Shown piece by piece: positions 8,927 through 18,009 of a DNA stretch of 64,000 bases. Position 1 is the stretch's first letter; the number at the start of each line of letters is the position of its first letter. The translations under genes were made by a program, and so were the position numbers. Below the pieces are notes generated by a model. That model searched no databases. It saw nothing but the letters and a program-made list of their open reading frames with translations, and was not told the origin of the DNA. The DNA is from an uncultured bacterium (GTDB lineage: Bacteria; Atribacterota; Atribacteria; Atribacterales; Caldatribacteriaceae): positions 57,408 through 121,407 of the forward strand of contig CALAIW010000003.1 in assembly GCA_937922705.1 (NCBI GenBank), written 5' to 3'.

Positions 8927-10711
8927 CTATTGCTTTGTTCCTGGTAATATAAGCCCTTCAACGAAGGCCTCTTCAAAATCTTTACGCGCCGAAAGTTCTA
9001 TGTACTCTATCCGGCAAGCCAGATGCTCAAGGATTTCTCGAAAGCGCTGAGAAAGGAGCGCTTTTCGAGCCCCTGAGAGCGAAGCATTTCCAACCGAGCG
9101 TACCGGAACACCCTCTGGAATGAGTCCAACGCGTCTTGCGCTTTCTGGACGGATGTAACTTCCAAAAGCCCCAGCGAGCACCACCTCTTCAACATCTTCT
9201 TCCTCAAGCCCTGCTTCTTTCAAGAGAATGCTTCTCCCTGCTCGTATTGCGGCAAGGGCGAGCTGGAGCTTTTCAATGTCTTTCTGGGTAACGAAAATAT
9301 AAGGATTCCTTGAAAGAACAAAGCGTCTGTTGCTTCCCTCACCCTCAAGGAACGGAGACCAGAGCGCGTTTCCCTGAAACCTTCCAGTCGGGGAGAGAAG
9401 CCCATTCTCTAAAAGCCCAGCCATGGTATCGATGAGACCTGTTCCGCAAATACCCCGAGGGGAAACATTCCCAATGGTTGTAAAGGTGACCCCTCCGTCT
9501 TCAAAGAAGACTGTGGCAATCGCTCCCTCCGAAGCTCGCATGCCAAAGTGTATTCCCGCTCCCTCAAAAGCCGGCCCCGCTGCAGTACCACAGGCAAAAA
9601 TCTTCCCCCGAGCGACAAGGACAATCTCCCCGTTCGTACCAATGTCAATATAAAGAGTCGTTTTTTGTGCCTCATGGACTCGAAAGGCTCCAATGCCTCC
9701 AACAATGTCCCCTCCGACGTATCCAGCAACACAGGGCAAAACATAGACTGAGGCCCCCGGATACACCAAAAGACCTACGTCTTCTGCCCGGAGAAGGTAT
9801 CCCTCCCGCAACACTGGCACATATGGTGCCACACCGATGCTCAAAGGAGAAACTCCAAGGAAAAGGTGCTCCATAATGGTGTTTCCCGAAACAGTAACTG
9901 CAAAAATACGGTCATTCCTGCACTCTTCCTGCTTACAGAGATCCACTATAAGAGCGTTCATTGTCTCGATAACATCTTGCTGTAAAATCTCAAGATTTTC
10001 AGGGTGATCCTGAATTGCTCGAAGGCGAGAAATCACATCAGCTCCAAAGCGCACTTGCTTATTGAGCGCCCCCTTCTGAGCGAGAACTCTTCCCGATGTA
10101 AGGTCAATAAGGGCACAGGCTATTGTTGTCGTCCCAAGGTCAAAAGCAACCCCCAAGAATCCTTCCTTTGGGAACGGAAAGATAGCAAAAACTTCCTCAT
10201 TATCCCACAAAACCTCAAGCGTCACTTCATTCTCTTCTCCAATAAGGGAAAGACCCCGCAAGGCTCTCGGAGAGAAAGACGAAAGAGGTACCATCGTTTC
10301 TAACTCTTCCTTCAAGGAAGTCCTCAAGGGTAAGGATGGCTTACGAAGGTGGACTATTCTTCGCCGTACCGGCAAATCCTCTGGCTTGTGATACTCCTCC
10401 TCTTCTCCAAGAAGCGTAAAGGAAGCCACTCTCAAGGAGGGAGAAACGTCACAAGACATGTCCCCTAAAACCACGACCTGACAAGCAAGGCGAAACCCCG
10501 CTTTTTCGCGTCCTCCAAGGTGTTCCTCTTCGAGAGCCGTGGGAGGGGCAACCTTTCCTTCAAGGATACGAACCACGCATTTCCCACAAGACCCCATTCC
10601 CCCACAGTACGACTCAAGGGGGATTCCTTCTCGCTGGAGAACGGAAAAAAGAGTCTCCCCTTCCTGTCCCTCAACGATTTTCTCCAGGGGTATAACACGT
10701 ATACGGGCCAT
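8927..10711 (-). CDS. [2Fe-2S] ferredoxin domain + ASKHA ATPase protein of the RACo / DUF4445 type (reductive-activase-like)
   Basis: N-terminal plant-type ferredoxin CGGMGSCGKCVV...ACQ. ASKHA phosphate motifs GVAFDLGTTTIA and LYIDIGTNGEIV. Size (594 aa) matches corrinoid reductive activases. Confidence 0.7.
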   Translation of the reverse strand: MARIRVIPLEKIVEGQEGETLFSVLQREGIPLESYCGGMGSCGKCVVRILEGKVAPPTALEEEHLGGREKAGFRLACQVVVLGDMSCDVSPSLRVASFTLLGEEEEYHKPEDLPVRRRIVHLRKPSLPLRTSLKEELETMVPLSSFSPRALRGLSLIGEENEVTLEVLWDNEEVFAIFPFPKEGFLGVAFDLGTTTIACALIDLTSGRVLAQKGALNKQVRFGADVISRLRAIQDHPENLEILQQDVIETMNALIVDLCKQEECRNDRIFAVTVSGNTIMEHLFLGVSPLSIGVAPYVPVLREGYLLRAEDVGLLVYPGASVYVLPCVAGYVGGDIVGGIGAFRVHEAQKTTLYIDIGTNGEIVLVARGKIFACGTAAGPAFEGAGIHFGMRASEGAIATVFFEDGGVTFTTIGNVSPRGICGTGLIDTMAGLLENGLLSPTGRFQGNALWSPFLEGEGSNRRFVLSRNPYIFVTQKDIEKLQLALAAIRAGRSILLKEAGLEEEDVEEVVLAGAFGSYIRPESARRVGLIPEGVPVRSVGNASLSGARKALLSQRFREILEHLACRIEYIELSARKDFEEAFVEGLILPGTKQ

Positions 10712-10836
10712 AGAACATCCTGGGTTATTCTAGCTAAAATTTGTCGCCTTACGCCACTAGTACAGAAAATTTTTTCCAAAAAGCCCTATGGTATTATAGG
10801 GGAAAGAGGAGGAAAAGGTACAGGGGAGGGAACGCG

Positions 10837-11787
10837 ATGCCGCCCACCATTGGTATGGTTGGCAGTAACATGATGGACCTCATTACCTATTACGAAGACC
10901 GCTTCCCAAAGGTTGGTGAGACCATTTTTGGAAAAGATTTTGAGATAGGCTTTGGGGGAAAGGGGGCAAATCAGGCTGTTGCAGTAGCAAAGCTTGGAGG
11001 AGAGGTTGTCGTTGTAACCGCGGTAGGCGATGACCTTTTTGGACCGCTTGTTCGGGAGAACTTTTCCCGTTATGGTATCGACACAAGTTTTGTCAAGGTC
11101 GTCCCTGGAAAGACAAGCGGTGTGGCTCCGATTTTTGTCGACCCTGAAGGCCGAAACAGTATCTTCATCATTCCTGGAGCAAATTCCCACCTCTTCCCTG
11201 AAGATGTCCTCAAAGCCAAAGAGGCCCTAAAACGGTGCCGCTTCATCCTCACACAGCTTGAAATTCCTCTTGAGACAGTCTATGCCACGATAGAACTTGC
11301 TCGGGAACTTGGTTTGCGCGTTATTCTCAACCCTGCTCCCTTTCGACCCTTAGCCTGGGATAAAATCCAAGGTGTGTATCTCTTTGTGCCTAACGAAAGA
11401 GAACTTGAGGGCTTTGTAGGGTTTCCTATCTCTCAAGACCATGACCTCAAGAGCGCCATAGAAATCCTCTGGAACTTTGGAGTCGAGAACGTTCTTGTAA
11501 CCCTTGGGGAACGGGGAGCTCTCCTCGGCCAAGGAGGAACCTTAACGTTTTTTCCCGCCTATGAAGCGGAAGCCATTGATACTACCGGAGCCGGAGATGC
11601 TTTTTTGGGAGCTTTAGCCTACTTCCTTGCAGAAGGTAAGGAACTGCCTGAAGCTATTGATCTTGCTTGCGCTTATGCCGCGCTCTCTACCGAAAAACGA
11701 GGTACTCAAAAATCTTTTGCCACTCAAGAAGAGTTTTCTGAATGGCTCAAAAGAGCGAGAAAAAAGTCAGCTACTCTCACCCTTTGA
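10837..11787 (+). CDS. rbsK: Ribokinase (PfkB family)
   Basis: GFGGKGANQAVAVAKLG and DTTGAGDAFLGAL. Start set at ATG 10837 (MPPTIGMVGSN, GGGGAGGGA upstream) rather than 10741. Confidence 0.85.
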   Translation: MPPTIGMVGSNMMDLITYYEDRFPKVGETIFGKDFEIGFGGKGANQAVAVAKLGGEVVVVTAVGDDLFGPLVRENFSRYGIDTSFVKVVPGKTSGVAPIFVDPEGRNSIFIIPGANSHLFPEDVLKAKEALKRCRFILTQLEIPLETVYATIELARELGLRVILNPAPFRPLAWDKIQGVYLFVPNERELEGFVGFPISQDHDLKSAIEILWNFGVENVLVTLGERGALLGQGGTLTFFPAYEAEAIDTTGAGDAFLGALAYFLAEGKELPEAIDLACAYAALSTEKRGTQKSFATQEEFSEWLKRARKKSATLTL

Positions 11788-12598
11788 CAGCACCAAGGGT
11801 TAAGCCTCGGACAAGATACCTCTGAAGAATGATGGCCATGACGATAATAGGAACGCTCGCCACAATAGACACTGCCGAAATTTCTGCCCAGAGGATTTCG
11901 TGTCCTCCAATGAGTCCAGCAATGTTCACCGTAACAGGAATGACTCTGGAACGACCAAGAATAAGAGCAAAGAGGAACTCGTTCCAAGAAAACATGAAGC
12001 AGAAAAGCGCTGTAGCTACAAGCCCCGGGGCAACTAAGGGAAGGGCTACTCGGAGAAACGCTCCAAGCCGCCCACATCCATCGATGAGCGCCGCTTCCTC
12101 AAGTTCTACAGGAAGCTCGTCAAAAAAGCCCTTCATCATCCACACCGCAAAGGGGAGGTTAACCAGAGAATAGGTCAGAATGAGTGCCTGATAAGTATCA
12201 AGCCAGCGCAAGAATCGGAAAAAGAGGAAAAGAGGAAGCACCGAAGCAATAGGAGGCATCATTCGCACCGAAAGAATCCAGAAAGCGAAGTTTTCCCCTC
12301 CAATCCGAAAACGGGAAAGGGAGTACGCTGCAAGCGATCCAAAAACAATAGCAAGAAGGGTGGTAAATGAAGCAATGATGAAACTGTCTTTGATTCCCTT
12401 TGCCCCTCCAAGCCGCAATCCTTGAATATAGTGCTCAAGGTCAAAGGACGAGGGAATAAAAACTGGAGGATACGTGAAGTACTCTCCTTTGTCCTTAAAA
12501 GAGGTCAACACGTTCCACACAAAAGGAGCAAGGGCAATGGCAAGAAGGACAAATACCCCCACAAAGATCATTACCGTCACTCCATCTCTCTGCCTCAT
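11777..12598 (-). CDS. Carbohydrate ABC transporter permease (MalG-like)
   Basis: 6-TM protein with EAA loop ELEEAALIDGCGRLGAFLRVALP. 4-nt overlap with the upstream permease. Confidence 0.85.
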   Translation of the reverse strand: MRQRDGVTVMIFVGVFVLLAIALAPFVWNVLTSFKDKGEYFTYPPVFIPSSFDLEHYIQGLRLGGAKGIKDSFIIASFTTLLAIVFGSLAAYSLSRFRIGGENFAFWILSVRMMPPIASVLPLFLFFRFLRWLDTYQALILTYSLVNLPFAVWMMKGFFDELPVELEEAALIDGCGRLGAFLRVALPLVAPGLVATALFCFMFSWNEFLFALILGRSRVIPVTVNIAGLIGGHEILWAEISAVSIVASVPIIVMAIILQRYLVRGLTLGAVKG

Positions 12599-13476
12599 AC
12601 CACTTCTCTCCTTCGCCAGGACCGGAGGAAAACATTAGCAATGGCCACGATAACTGCAAGCTGGAAATAGCTCATGGCCGATGCGTACCCCATGCTAAAG
12701 TACTTGAACCCTGTAAGGTAGTTGTAGAAGGCTATACTCTCTGAGGCTTGACCTGGACCACCCATAGTAAGAAGAGCTACAAGGTCAAAGATTTTAAAAG
12801 CGTCCATCACTCGGATAAGGACGGCGACAATGACTACTGGGCGAAGCAGAGGAAAGACAACGCCTGAAAAGACTTGCCACCGATTGGCGCCATCAACCCG
12901 CGCCGCTTCATAAAGGTCATCAGGAATAGCCTGAAGCCCTGCAAGAAGAGTGATGACCATAAACGGAGTCCACTCCCAGATGTCCGCAAGAATAATAGAA
13001 TATGGACTGACACTACCGTTCCCCAACCAGTTAACCGAGCGAAATCCAAAACGATTCAAGAGATAGTTTAGGGGGCCATACTGGTAGTGGTAGATAATTC
13101 TCCAGATGCATCCCACAACGACAGGGGAAATCATCATAGGGAGAAGAAAGAGAGTCACTATAAGGCTCCTCCCTCGAAAACTCCGGTTCAAAAGCAGGGC
13201 AAGGGAAAGGCCAAGAAGGAATTGCGTCCCCACACCAAAAAGGAGCACCCGACCGGTGTTCTTCAGAGAGTTCACAAAACGAGCATCGGAAAACAGTCGG
13301 AGGTAGTTACCCACTCCGATGAAAACCCTCTGCCCACCCATGCCGATGTCCCATTTACAGAGACTAAGGTAAAAGGAATAAATCATGGGGAAAATAGAAA
13401 TGGAAAGGAGTATAACCACTACAGGAAGGACAAAGAAGAATGCTATCCACCAATCTCTCCGTCGCAAGCCTCCCAT
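12595..13476 (-). CDS. Carbohydrate ABC transporter permease (MalF-like)
   Basis: EAA loop DLYEAARVDGANRWQVFSGVVFP; typical CUT1 permease layout. Confidence 0.85.
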   Translation of the reverse strand: MGGLRRRDWWIAFFFVLPVVVILLSISIFPMIYSFYLSLCKWDIGMGGQRVFIGVGNYLRLFSDARFVNSLKNTGRVLLFGVGTQFLLGLSLALLLNRSFRGRSLIVTLFLLPMMISPVVVGCIWRIIYHYQYGPLNYLLNRFGFRSVNWLGNGSVSPYSIILADIWEWTPFMVITLLAGLQAIPDDLYEAARVDGANRWQVFSGVVFPLLRPVVIVAVLIRVMDAFKIFDLVALLTMGGPGQASESIAFYNYLTGFKYFSMGYASAMSYFQLAVIVAIANVFLRSWRRREVV

Positions 13477-13496
13477 TGCCTTCCTCCTAAAGAAAA

Positions 13497-13521
13497 GGGG
13501 CTGGGGAAGAACCCCAGCCCC
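13497..13521 (-). terminator. Intercistronic stem-loop / partial terminator after the binding-protein gene
   Basis: GGGGCTGGGG-AAGAA-CCCCAGCCCC, a 10-bp GC stem. On the mRNA strand it is followed by TTTTCTTT and then the AGGAGG of the permease. Confidence 0.6.
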
Positions 13522-13527
13522 AGCATT

Positions 13528-14934
13528 TCACCAGAGACCTACTGCTCTCCAGCCCTTCACGAGTTCCTGGTACAGAGCTTTTTGCTCTTCCTTTCCGAAG
13601 CGTTCAAGGATTTCTCTCCAGGCCTGCGCTGCCTCGTCAAGAGCGCTCTTTGGATCGGCCTCACCACTCAGAGCTTTAATAATCGCCATACCAAGAGTTT
13701 CCTCGTACTCTACGGTCCCAGGGAGAACCATCTCTGGATACCCTTTTTCCATGTTCTTCTGCACTCCAGCAAGGTAAATTTTTGCGTCCTCAACGTTCTC
13801 AAACATCTCGTAAGCTTCAGGATGCGCAAAGTGCGAGTAACGGTACGGGTCAAGACCAGTTTCAGGGGTGGAGACATCGTCAAGACTGGTCACTACAGAG
13901 AGGTAATGGATAACCTGATACGCCTTCTTGGGGTCTTTGGACTGTGCTGCGATGGCAAGTACTCGCCCACAGGGCATCATAGCACGGTAGTATATCTCAC
14001 CATTCTTTCTAACCCCTGGAACATGGGAGACTCCAATCTTTCCGACAATCTTTGATTGGGCGGGATCAGCTCCTTTCTTCCCGACACATGGCCACTGGAT
14101 GACCATGAAGCAATCACCCTGAAGGAATACATCCTTGAGTTCCTCGTACCCATAAGCAAGAACATCTGGTGGACAGTACTTGTGGATTTCCTTCATAATC
14201 TCCAGTGCCTTAACCCCTGCTTCGGAGTTAATTGCTGGCTCCATCGTCTCCTCATCAAAATACACGCCACCAAGACTTGCAAAGATATTCCCCCACCAGG
14301 CAAAAATCTGGTCTTTCTGGCCGTAATAGGCAGTACCGTAGAAGTCGCGTTGCAAAACTTCTCCTGCAAGTTTTTCTCCAGCTTTCCTTGTAAAGAACGC
14401 AGCTACGTCAAGGTACTCCTCCCAGGTCTCTGGAACCTTAAGGTCGTACCCGTATTTCTCCTTAAATGCTTTGCGCTCTTCTTCGTTTTCCAGAAGGTCC
14501 TTTCGGTAATAGAGACTCAGAACATCCCCGTCATACGGAAGAGCGTAGAGCTTTCCACCATACTTACAGTAGAAGTCTCGGTATCCTGGAGTAACATCGT
14601 CAAGCTGGGGGTCAAGTTCGGCGGCAAATTCATCAAGAGGATAGAGCCAGCCATTCGCAGCAAACTCAGCGAGAAATTTGGGGAAGACAATCATAATATC
14701 AAAGGCCCCGGTTCCAGCAATGAGCTCTACTTTCTCCTTTTCATACAACTCTCCAAAGGGAACCCCAATGACTTCGAGTTCAACACCAAACTTCTCCTTG
14801 AAGTCTTGGGCATACCACTCAAAGGGCTTCAGATTGTGTCCTGCGTCACCAACCACAACGAGTTTTACCGAAGCACCATACACGACACCAGCAAACACAA
14901 AGAGGATAAAAAGAGCAAGAAGGAACTTTCGCAT
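13528..14934 (-). CDS. Extracellular solute-binding protein, sugar ABC transporter (CUT1)
   Basis: 468 aa. Signal peptide MRKFLLALFILFVFAGVVYGA without a lipobox Cys. Sits upstream of two CUT1 permeases. Confidence 0.8.
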   Translation of the reverse strand: MRKFLLALFILFVFAGVVYGASVKLVVVGDAGHNLKPFEWYAQDFKEKFGVELEVIGVPFGELYEKEKVELIAGTGAFDIMIVFPKFLAEFAANGWLYPLDEFAAELDPQLDDVTPGYRDFYCKYGGKLYALPYDGDVLSLYYRKDLLENEEERKAFKEKYGYDLKVPETWEEYLDVAAFFTRKAGEKLAGEVLQRDFYGTAYYGQKDQIFAWWGNIFASLGGVYFDEETMEPAINSEAGVKALEIMKEIHKYCPPDVLAYGYEELKDVFLQGDCFMVIQWPCVGKKGADPAQSKIVGKIGVSHVPGVRKNGEIYYRAMMPCGRVLAIAAQSKDPKKAYQVIHYLSVVTSLDDVSTPETGLDPYRYSHFAHPEAYEMFENVEDAKIYLAGVQKNMEKGYPEMVLPGTVEYEETLGMAIIKALSGEADPKSALDEAAQAWREILERFGKEEQKALYQELVKGWRAVGLW

Positions 14935-14967
14935 ACCAACCCCTCCTTAGTGTTTTTTCTGAACTAA

Positions 14968-15939
14968 TTATACTCCTTTTCCCCCTTCCTTGAGAAGGGC
15001 TAAGGCTGTTGCATCATCGGTAATGAGAACATTAACATACTTTCCACGGAGTGCACCAAGAATGGCCTTAAGTTTCCCTTCTCCTCCAGCCACCCCAATA
15101 ACCTTTGGGATTCTCTGAAGCTCCCAAAGCGTCAAAGAAATTCTTCGGGAATCAGCCTGACAAGCTACTTCTCTCCCCGCCACATCGTAGAAATTCCCGC
15201 AGATATTGCCCACTGCCTCTTTAGCAACGAGTTCATCCACCTCGTGAGGGTAAATATCCCCCGTGTCCAGAAGCGTAGAGCTTGACGTTACCCCTCCAAT
15301 GCCTACAAGAGCGATATCGACTTCTCGAGCAAGCTCAAGTACTCGGGCGATGCGCTCATCCCCAAGAAGGGCGTTTCTCGTTTCTGCGTCTTTGGCAAAA
15401 GCTGGGGCAAGAAGGTACACCGCGTCCCCTCCAAAATTCTGCGCTAGAGCACGGGCAAGTTCTACAGCCACCACATCTCCCTTGAGCTTTCCGTAGCCCC
15501 CCATAATTTGTACCACCCGGAAACCAGGAACAGGCTTCGGCACAAGAAACGGTACCATAGCAAATAGAGTCTTTCCATAAGCAACTCCAAGAGATGTATA
15601 TGGCTCAACAATGCTTCGTAAGTACGATGCTGCCATCTGGGCAACCCGCTTTGTAACCATATCCTCTTCTTGGGAAAAGGTTGTCGCAACCCGAACATCC
15701 CGAAGACCAAACCGTTCTCGAAGCCGCTCTCCAAGAATTTTCGTATTCTCCTGGTCTTCAAGGATCCGGATCTGCACAAGGCCCTCCTCTTTGGCTCGGC
15801 GAAGGAGTCGCGAGACTTTTTGTCGTGAAAGGCCAAGGACCTCACCAATCTGGTCCTGGGTGAGGTCCTCATAATAGTAGAGTTTTGCCACCTCGGTCAT
15901 CAAAACACGATCGATATTGCGCCTTGGCAAAACGCCCAC
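14968..15939 (-). CDS. SorC/DeoR-type sugar-binding transcriptional regulator
   Basis: HTH LTQDQIGEVLGLSRQKVSRLLRRAKEEGLV followed by a CggR/SorC-like sugar-phosphate-binding domain. Start uncertain (GTG 15939 or ATG 15900). Confidence 0.8.
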   Translation of the reverse strand: MGVLPRRNIDRVLMTEVAKLYYYEDLTQDQIGEVLGLSRQKVSRLLRRAKEEGLVQIRILEDQENTKILGERLRERFGLRDVRVATTFSQEEDMVTKRVAQMAASYLRSIVEPYTSLGVAYGKTLFAMVPFLVPKPVPGFRVVQIMGGYGKLKGDVVAVELARALAQNFGGDAVYLLAPAFAKDAETRNALLGDERIARVLELAREVDIALVGIGGVTSSSTLLDTGDIYPHEVDELVAKEAVGNICGNFYDVAGREVACQADSRRISLTLWELQRIPKVIGVAGGEGKLKAILGALRGKYVNVLITDDATALALLKEGGKGV

Positions 15940-15942
15940 CTC

Positions 15943-17043
15943 TTAGGGTTTCAGAACCACCCGAATAGCCTCGTCACCCTTCTTGGCGAGCTCAAGGCCC
16001 CTCTGGAACTCCTCAAGAGGAAGCTCATGGGTAATAATCTTGTCTGCCTTCACCAAGCCCTCGTGAAGGAAGCGGATGGCCACAGGATACGTCCAAGGGC
16101 TCAGGTGAGCTCCACGAATATCAAGTTCCTTTACATCCCCGATGACACTCCAATCAAGAGTCGTCGGGGCATCAAAAACACTAAACTCTACATACCGACC
16201 AAGGCGGCGAAGCATCGAAATCCCCTGAATGACACCTTGAGGATTACCACTTGCGTGAATGTAAACATCACACCCGTACCCACCGGTAAGTCGCTTCACC
16301 TCAGAAACCACATCCACAACTTTCGGATTCAAGGTAAGATCAGCTCCAAGCTCCTTGGCTAAGGCAAGACGCTTCTCCACCACATCAATAGCGATAAGAA
16401 GATGAGGATTCCTAAGGCGGGCAACCTGAAGCATCCCAAGGCCTATAGCTCCCATCCCAGCAATGACTACCACGTCTCGGAAAGTGACTTCTGCCCGGTC
16501 CACTGCATGAATTGCACATCCCAGAGGTTCAATGTACGGAGCGACTCGCAGAGGAAAACCCTCCGGAAGCTTATGAATTCGGGAATTGCGAGGCAAACGC
16601 ATGTACTCGGCAAAGCCTCCATCAGCTTCCCCTCGTTTAAAGCCAAAAATATAGTGCCGCTCGCACATCCAGTACGTTCCTTCCTGGCAAAAGCGACACA
16701 CCCCACAGGGGATAATCTGCTCCACGGCCACCCAATCCCCTAAAGAAAGCCCGTGTTTTTCCTTTGCCCCTTCTCCCAAAGCGACTATCTGCCCAAAGAA
16801 TTCATGCCCAGGAATAACCGGGGTTACAACATAAGGGGGATGTCCATTGCCACCCCATACCCGGGGATTCCCATGGAAGGTCTTCACATCACCCGCACAA
16901 ATACCGCATCCCCCAACCCGAATAAGGACTTCTTCAGGACCAATCTCCGGAACTGCAACCTCTTCAAGGCGGAAATCGTACGGCGCATGATTCACAATAG
17001 CTCTCATAGTGCGAGGAAGATTGGGAATGCTTTCGTATCCCAT
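15943..17043 (-). CDS. Zn-dependent polyol/alcohol dehydrogenase (MDR family)
   Basis: GGCGICAGDVK and GHEFFGQIV catalytic-Zn motifs, CGVCRFCQEG structural-Zn motif, GMGAIG Rossmann motif. AAGGAGG 7 nt before ATG 17043. Confidence 0.85.
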   Translation of the reverse strand: MGYESIPNLPRTMRAIVNHAPYDFRLEEVAVPEIGPEEVLIRVGGCGICAGDVKTFHGNPRVWGGNGHPPYVVTPVIPGHEFFGQIVALGEGAKEKHGLSLGDWVAVEQIIPCGVCRFCQEGTYWMCERHYIFGFKRGEADGGFAEYMRLPRNSRIHKLPEGFPLRVAPYIEPLGCAIHAVDRAEVTFRDVVVIAGMGAIGLGMLQVARLRNPHLLIAIDVVEKRLALAKELGADLTLNPKVVDVVSEVKRLTGGYGCDVYIHASGNPQGVIQGISMLRRLGRYVEFSVFDAPTTLDWSVIGDVKELDIRGAHLSPWTYPVAIRFLHEGLVKADKIITHELPLEEFQRGLELAKKGDEAIRVVLKP

Positions 17044-17067
17044 GCTGTGGCCTCCTTTTTTTCTTCA

Positions 17068-17096
17068 ATTCTACCATGATATACTTTCCCCAGGAA
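17068..17096 (-). promoter_or_regulatory. Candidate promoter of the ADH-SorC-ABC operon
   Basis: On the minus strand: TTCCTG, 17 nt, TAGAAT with an extended TG. The 10-mer TGGTAGAATT is identical to the one at 57557-57566. Confidence 0.4.
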
Positions 17097-17097
17097 G

Positions 17098-18009
17098 GTG
17101 ACTTGGGTGTTCCATGTGGGAACCTGCTCATGGACGGATAAAACACTTATCGAAGAGAGTGACTTTTATCCTAAGGAGGCAAAGACGCCAGCTGCGCGAC
17201 TTCGCTTCTATGCAATGCACTTTGATACGGTAGAAATCGATTCCACCTTCTATGCGTTTCCTCCAGAAAGGAATGCCGTCCTCTGGGCGGAGCGGACCCC
17301 ACAGGGTTTTCTCTTCAACGTGAAAGCCCTATCCCTTTTCACTTTCCACCGTACTCCAAGGAACGCCCTACCCCTCTTTCTCCTTAAGGAGCTTGGTTCC
17401 GAATGGCAAAAGACAGAAGACCTCTTCACCAAAGATGTTCCACAAGCATGGCTTGGGGAAGTTCTTCTTGCTTTTCTCAAGACCCTACATCCTCTAAAAG
17501 AAAAAGCAAAGCTTGGCTACATCCTTTTTCAATTTCCTCCCTGGTTCCGTCCTGAACCCGAATCCTTAGCATACCTCGAATGGCTTCGCAAGCACACCGA
17601 GGGCATCACTGCAGCCATAGAATTCCGCCACCGGAGCTGGGTTGAGAGGCCTCGCCTCCCCCATACCCTGAAACTCCTCAAAGACCTTGGCTTTGCTCTG
17701 GTGTGCGTAGATGAACCTGCTCTCTCCTGGACAATTCCACCCTTCTTTGAAACAACACACCGGGTGGCCGTTGTGCGTTTCCACGGAAGAAACAAAGCAG
17801 CATGGCAGGAGAAAAATCTCCCGGTTTCAGAAAAGTTTCGCTATCTCTATTCCCGGGAGGAGCTCATTGAGTGGAGAGAACGAATCCTGGCAAGGCTCCC
17901 ACAAAACACCGAGACCTTTATTATGTTCAACAACTGCTACCGGGATTTTGCGGTGCGGAATGCCCTCGAAATGCAAAAGCTTCTCAAAGAAGGTGATCGT
18001 AATGTATGA
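17098..18009 (+). CDS. DUF72 (UPF0759) family protein
   Basis: N-terminal HVGTCSWTDKTL and FYAMHFDTVEIDSTFY are typical of DUF72. The start could be GTG 17098 or GTG 17107. Confidence 0.75.
   Translation: MTWVFHVGTCSWTDKTLIEESDFYPKEAKTPAARLRFYAMHFDTVEIDSTFYAFPPERNAVLWAERTPQGFLFNVKALSLFTFHRTPRNALPLFLLKELGSEWQKTEDLFTKDVPQAWLGEVLLAFLKTLHPLKEKAKLGYILFQFPPWFRPEPESLAYLEWLRKHTEGITAAIEFRHRSWVERPRLPHTLKLLKDLGFALVCVDEPALSWTIPPFFETTHRVAVVRFHGRNKAAWQEKNLPVSEKFRYLYSREELIEWRERILARLPQNTETFIMFNNCYRDFAVRNALEMQKLLKEGDRNV

Noticed and set aside
10784-10801. Small palindrome CCCTAT-GGTATT-ATAGGG in the divergent RACo-like/rbsK intergenic region
   Set aside because: The arms are only 6 bp, no second copy was seen, and it may simply contain the rbsK -10 (TATTAT). 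Evidence is insufficient to call it an operator.
13087-14967. Two long plus-strand ORFs (322 and 303 aa) in the same frame, separated by one stop
   Set aside because: They lie exactly in register antisense to the SBP gene 13528-14934 (and part of the permease). The same shadow-ORF phenomenon applies and no motif is present.
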